NCBI RefSeq assembly: GCF_001899205.1
Contig: NZ_MKVL01000010.1
Location: 117,166-181,165, forward strand
DNA from: Mesorhizobium sp. 65-26
Lineage (GTDB): Bacteria > Pseudomonadota > Alphaproteobacteria > Rhizobiales > Rhizobiaceae
DNA length: 64,000 nucleotides
Direction: 5' to 3'
Shown here piece after piece: positions 62,002-64,000 of this stretch (position 1 is the first letter of the stretch; every line of letters starts with the position of its first letter). The position numbers and the translations under genes are program-made. A model generated the notes under the pieces. The model searched no databases, was not told the origin of the DNA, and saw only the letters and a list, made by a program, of their open reading frames with translations.

Positions 62002-62896
62002 GGGTCTTGACCTCCTGCTTCTGCCAGAAGGACAGCAGCGCGCCGCTGATAGCGTAGCAGACCAGCCACAGTACGAAGACGATGGTCATCGCCTTGCCGA
62101 GGCTCGACCAGCGATAGGCTTCCTCATAGGCCATGACGTGCAGCGTGCGGGTGGCGTCCAGCGGCCCGCCCTTGGTGGTGGAATAGATGATCTCCAGCGA
62201 CTTCAGCGAGTCCGAGACGCGGAAAAGCGCCACCAGCAAAAGGTAGGGCGCCAGCAGCGGCAGCTTGACGTGGCGGATAATCTGCCAGGAATTGGCGCCA
62301 TCGATGCGCGCCGCCTCGACGATCTCGCCCGATACCGACTGCAGGCCGGCGAGCAGGATGATGGTGGCGAGCGGCGTGAACAGCCAGGTGTCGATGAGGA
62401 TGATGGAGGCCATGGCCGTGTGCGGGCTGGTGAGCCATGACAGCGGCTCGATGCCGACCTGCGCGAGCAGCCAGTTCAGCACGCCGCTCTGCGGGTGCAT
62501 CATCGTCTTCCAGATGAGGCCGGCGACGACCGGCGGTACCAGCAGCGGCAGCACCACGGCGGAGCGGAAGAAGGACTGCAGCCGGCCCGGCACGTCGAGC
62601 AGGATGGCGAAGGCGAGCCCCAGCGGAAGCTGGATGAAGAGAGCGGCGGCCGCGTAGGTCAGCGTGTTGGCGAGCCCGGTCCAGAACAGCGGCGTCTCGA
62701 ACAGCGTGATGTAGTTGCCGAGGCCGACGAACTTCGTGGCCGGCATGTAGAGCTTCTGGTTGGTCAGGCTGGTGTAGATGCCGCTGAGGAACGGATAGGT
62801 CGTCGACAGAAGCAGGGCGAGGGCGGGACCGAGCATGGCGTAGAACGCCGCTCTGGTCATCCAGCTCTTGTCCGGTTGCGCTGCTTGGCGGGCCAT
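61991..62896 (-). CDS. CUT1 ABC transporter permease
   Basis: FVGLGNY, LLAGLQSV..EIVEAARIDGA, TKGGP. Confidence 0.95.
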   Translation of the reverse strand: MARQAAQPDKSWMTRAAFYAMLGPALALLLSTTYPFLSGIYTSLTNQKLYMPATKFVGLGNYITLFETPLFWTGLANTLTYAAAALFIQLPLGLAFAILLDVPGRLQSFFRSAVVLPLLVPPVVAGLIWKTMMHPQSGVLNWLLAQVGIEPLSWLTSPHTAMASIILIDTWLFTPLATIILLAGLQSVSGEIVEAARIDGANSWQIIRHVKLPLLAPYLLLVALFRVSDSLKSLEIIYSTTKGGPLDATRTLHVMAYEEAYRWSSLGKAMTIVFVLWLVCYAISGALLSFWQKQEVKTRGL

Positions 62897-63022
62897 ATGA
62901 GGGTGTTTCTTGGCTTAGGGATCTGATGTCGGGCCGGTCGGTGATGGCGTTCCAGCGGAGGTGGGAGCCGGCCCTGGCGGTTCGATCTCGCCGCATTCGC
63001 GCGGCCGCAAAGGATCAGGCGG

Positions 63023-63055
63023 GCCGGGGCGGGGCGCGATTGCCCGCGCCCCGGC
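63023..63055 (-). terminator. GC-rich stem-loop after SBP gene
   Basis: GCCGGGGC.GGG...CCC.CGCCCCGGC imperfect inverted repeat immediately after the SBP stop. Confidence 0.5.
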
Positions 63056-63061
63056 TTGCCG

Positions 63062-64000
63062 TCATTCGTCCAGCATGCGCTGGATGTCGTCCTGTGCTTC
63101 GCACAGATTGGTCTTCACGTCGCCCTGACCGAAATAGGACTTCTGGATCGCCTCGGCCCAGCGGTCGAGCATGCGGGTCAGTTCGGGATGCGGCGGGAAG
63201 CGGATGGTGGCAACCTCCGCCTCGGTCTTGGCGGCTTCGATGTACTGGCCGGGCTTCTCGCCCCAGCTGTGCATCAGCTTGACCACGTCGGGCGAATCCC
63301 AGGCCGACTGGCGCACAGGGTTCATGTTGCCGGCGAGGTGCGTCTTGATCATCGTGTCCTTCGACGTCACCCACTGCATGAACAGCCAGGCGGCGTCCTT
63401 GTGCTTGGAAGCCGAGTTCATCGACAGCGACCAGATCCAGGCGGCCGCGGCGCGCTTGCCATCGGGACCGAGCGGGGTCGGCGCGTAGCCGACATCGCCG
63501 GCGATCGCCGACTGCTTGGGATCCTCATAGGTCGGCGCGAACAGGTTCGCCTCGTTGAGCGAGAAGACATACTGGCCCGACGCGAAACCCTGCATGGCCT
63601 CGTACCAGGTGAAGGCGCCGGCGCCTTCGGGCGAGGCCTTCTTGATCAGGGTGATGAAGTCGGTGGTGGCGGCGATGCTCTTGTCGGAGCAGATCTGCAG
63701 CTTGCCGTCCTTGTCGAGCATCTCGGCGCCGTAGGATTCCAGCATCGTGCCAAAGGTCAGGTAGGGCAGGTCCCAATAGCGGTCGAAGCGGGTGATGATG
63801 CCGTGCGTCTTGCCGTTGGGGCCGTCGAGCTTCAGCTTGTCGGCCATGGCCAGCAGGTCGGCATAGGTCTTTGGTACTTCGAGGCCGAGCTTCTTCAGCA
63901 TGCTTGGCCGATAGGCGAGCTGATAGGATTCGAAGTTGATCGGCAGCGTCCAGAGCGAACCCTCGCCGATACCCTTGAGCGGGGTGAGGTCCCAGCGGCC
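63062..64000 (-). CDS. CUT1 ABC transporter substrate-binding protein, 5' end outside window
   Basis: LWTLPINFESYQLAYRPSMLKKLGLEVPKTYADL, WIWSLSMN, AAWLFMQW; frame open to the window edge. Confidence 0.92.
   Translation of the reverse strand, partial: GRWDLTPLKGIGEGSLWTLPINFESYQLAYRPSMLKKLGLEVPKTYADLLAMADKLKLDGPNGKTHGIITRFDRYWDLPYLTFGTMLESYGAEMLDKDGKLQICSDKSIAATTDFITLIKKASPEGAGAFTWYEAMQGFASGQYVFSLNEANLFAPTYEDPKQSAIAGDVGYAPTPLGPDGKRAAAAWIWSLSMNSASKHKDAAWLFMQWVTSKDTMIKTHLAGNMNPVRQSAWDSPDVVKLMHSWGEKPGQYIEAAKTEAEVATIRFPPHPELTRMLDRWAEAIQKSYFGQGDVKTNLCEAQDDIQRMLDE

Noticed and set aside
1-64000. Many long antisense or alternate-frame ORFs in the track (e.g. 10804..12912-, 12864..15296-, 16677..19112-, 18710..22183+, 34369..36414-, 54947..57304-)
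   Set aside because: They shadow clearly recognisable genes, are Arg/Gly/Ala-rich with no motifs, and are expected from stop-codon scarcity in high-GC DNA.
1-64000. Mobile elements, tRNA/rRNA, prophage or defence systems
   Set aside because: No transposase, integrase, terminal inverted repeats with target duplications, tRNA/rRNA signatures, phage genes or known defence domains were recognised.

Overview
High-GC, gene-dense accessory/metabolic region of what looks like a Hyphomicrobiales (rhizobia-like) alphaproteobacterium; the host is inferred from gene content and style. About 60 real CDS were picked out of a track dominated by GC-driven shadow ORFs. No rRNA, tRNA, CRISPR array, transposase or phage gene was seen. 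Modules, left to right: (1) 1-16.5 kb, an acetoin-dehydrogenase-like ThDP complex (E1a/E1b/E2) divergent from a cytoplasmic winged-helix/solute-binding-protein fusion regulator, followed by a sugar-type ABC importer and a long redox operon (3 SDRs, 2 Zn-dehydrogenases, Gfo/Idh/MocA, ABM, cupin). A repeated TTCTCA-N3-TGAGAA-like palindrome occurs in both promoter regions. (2) 16.7-28.7 kb, an LhgO-like oxidoreductase, an old-yellow-enzyme, matAB, and a GntR-centred aromatic ring-cleavage cluster (intradiol dioxygenase, FAH, YciI, amidohydrolase). (3) 28.8-44.6 kb, envelope and stress genes: secreted histidine phosphatase, an unannotated 47-aa membrane ORF, CPA2-USP antiporter, DUF2270, an ~1800-aa autotransporter, an ArsR-SRPBCC-VOC-DUF1801 operon and a membrane-anchored DUF2235 hydrolase. 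(4) 44.7-53.8 kb, an ectoine-catabolism-like but non-canonical pathway (EutD-, EutE- and EutB-like enzymes, polar amino-acid ABC) containing a single-chain triple Rid protein, with IclR and TetR regulators and clear operator palindromes. (5) 53.8-64 kb, a secreted Gly-rich protein, ChaC-amidase, and a CUT1 ABC/PfkB/amidohydrolase/BtpA-SgcQ operon. The best candidates for undescribed systems are modules 4 (triple Rid) and 1 (wHTH-SBP regulon). All family calls come from motif recognition by eye, without database searches.
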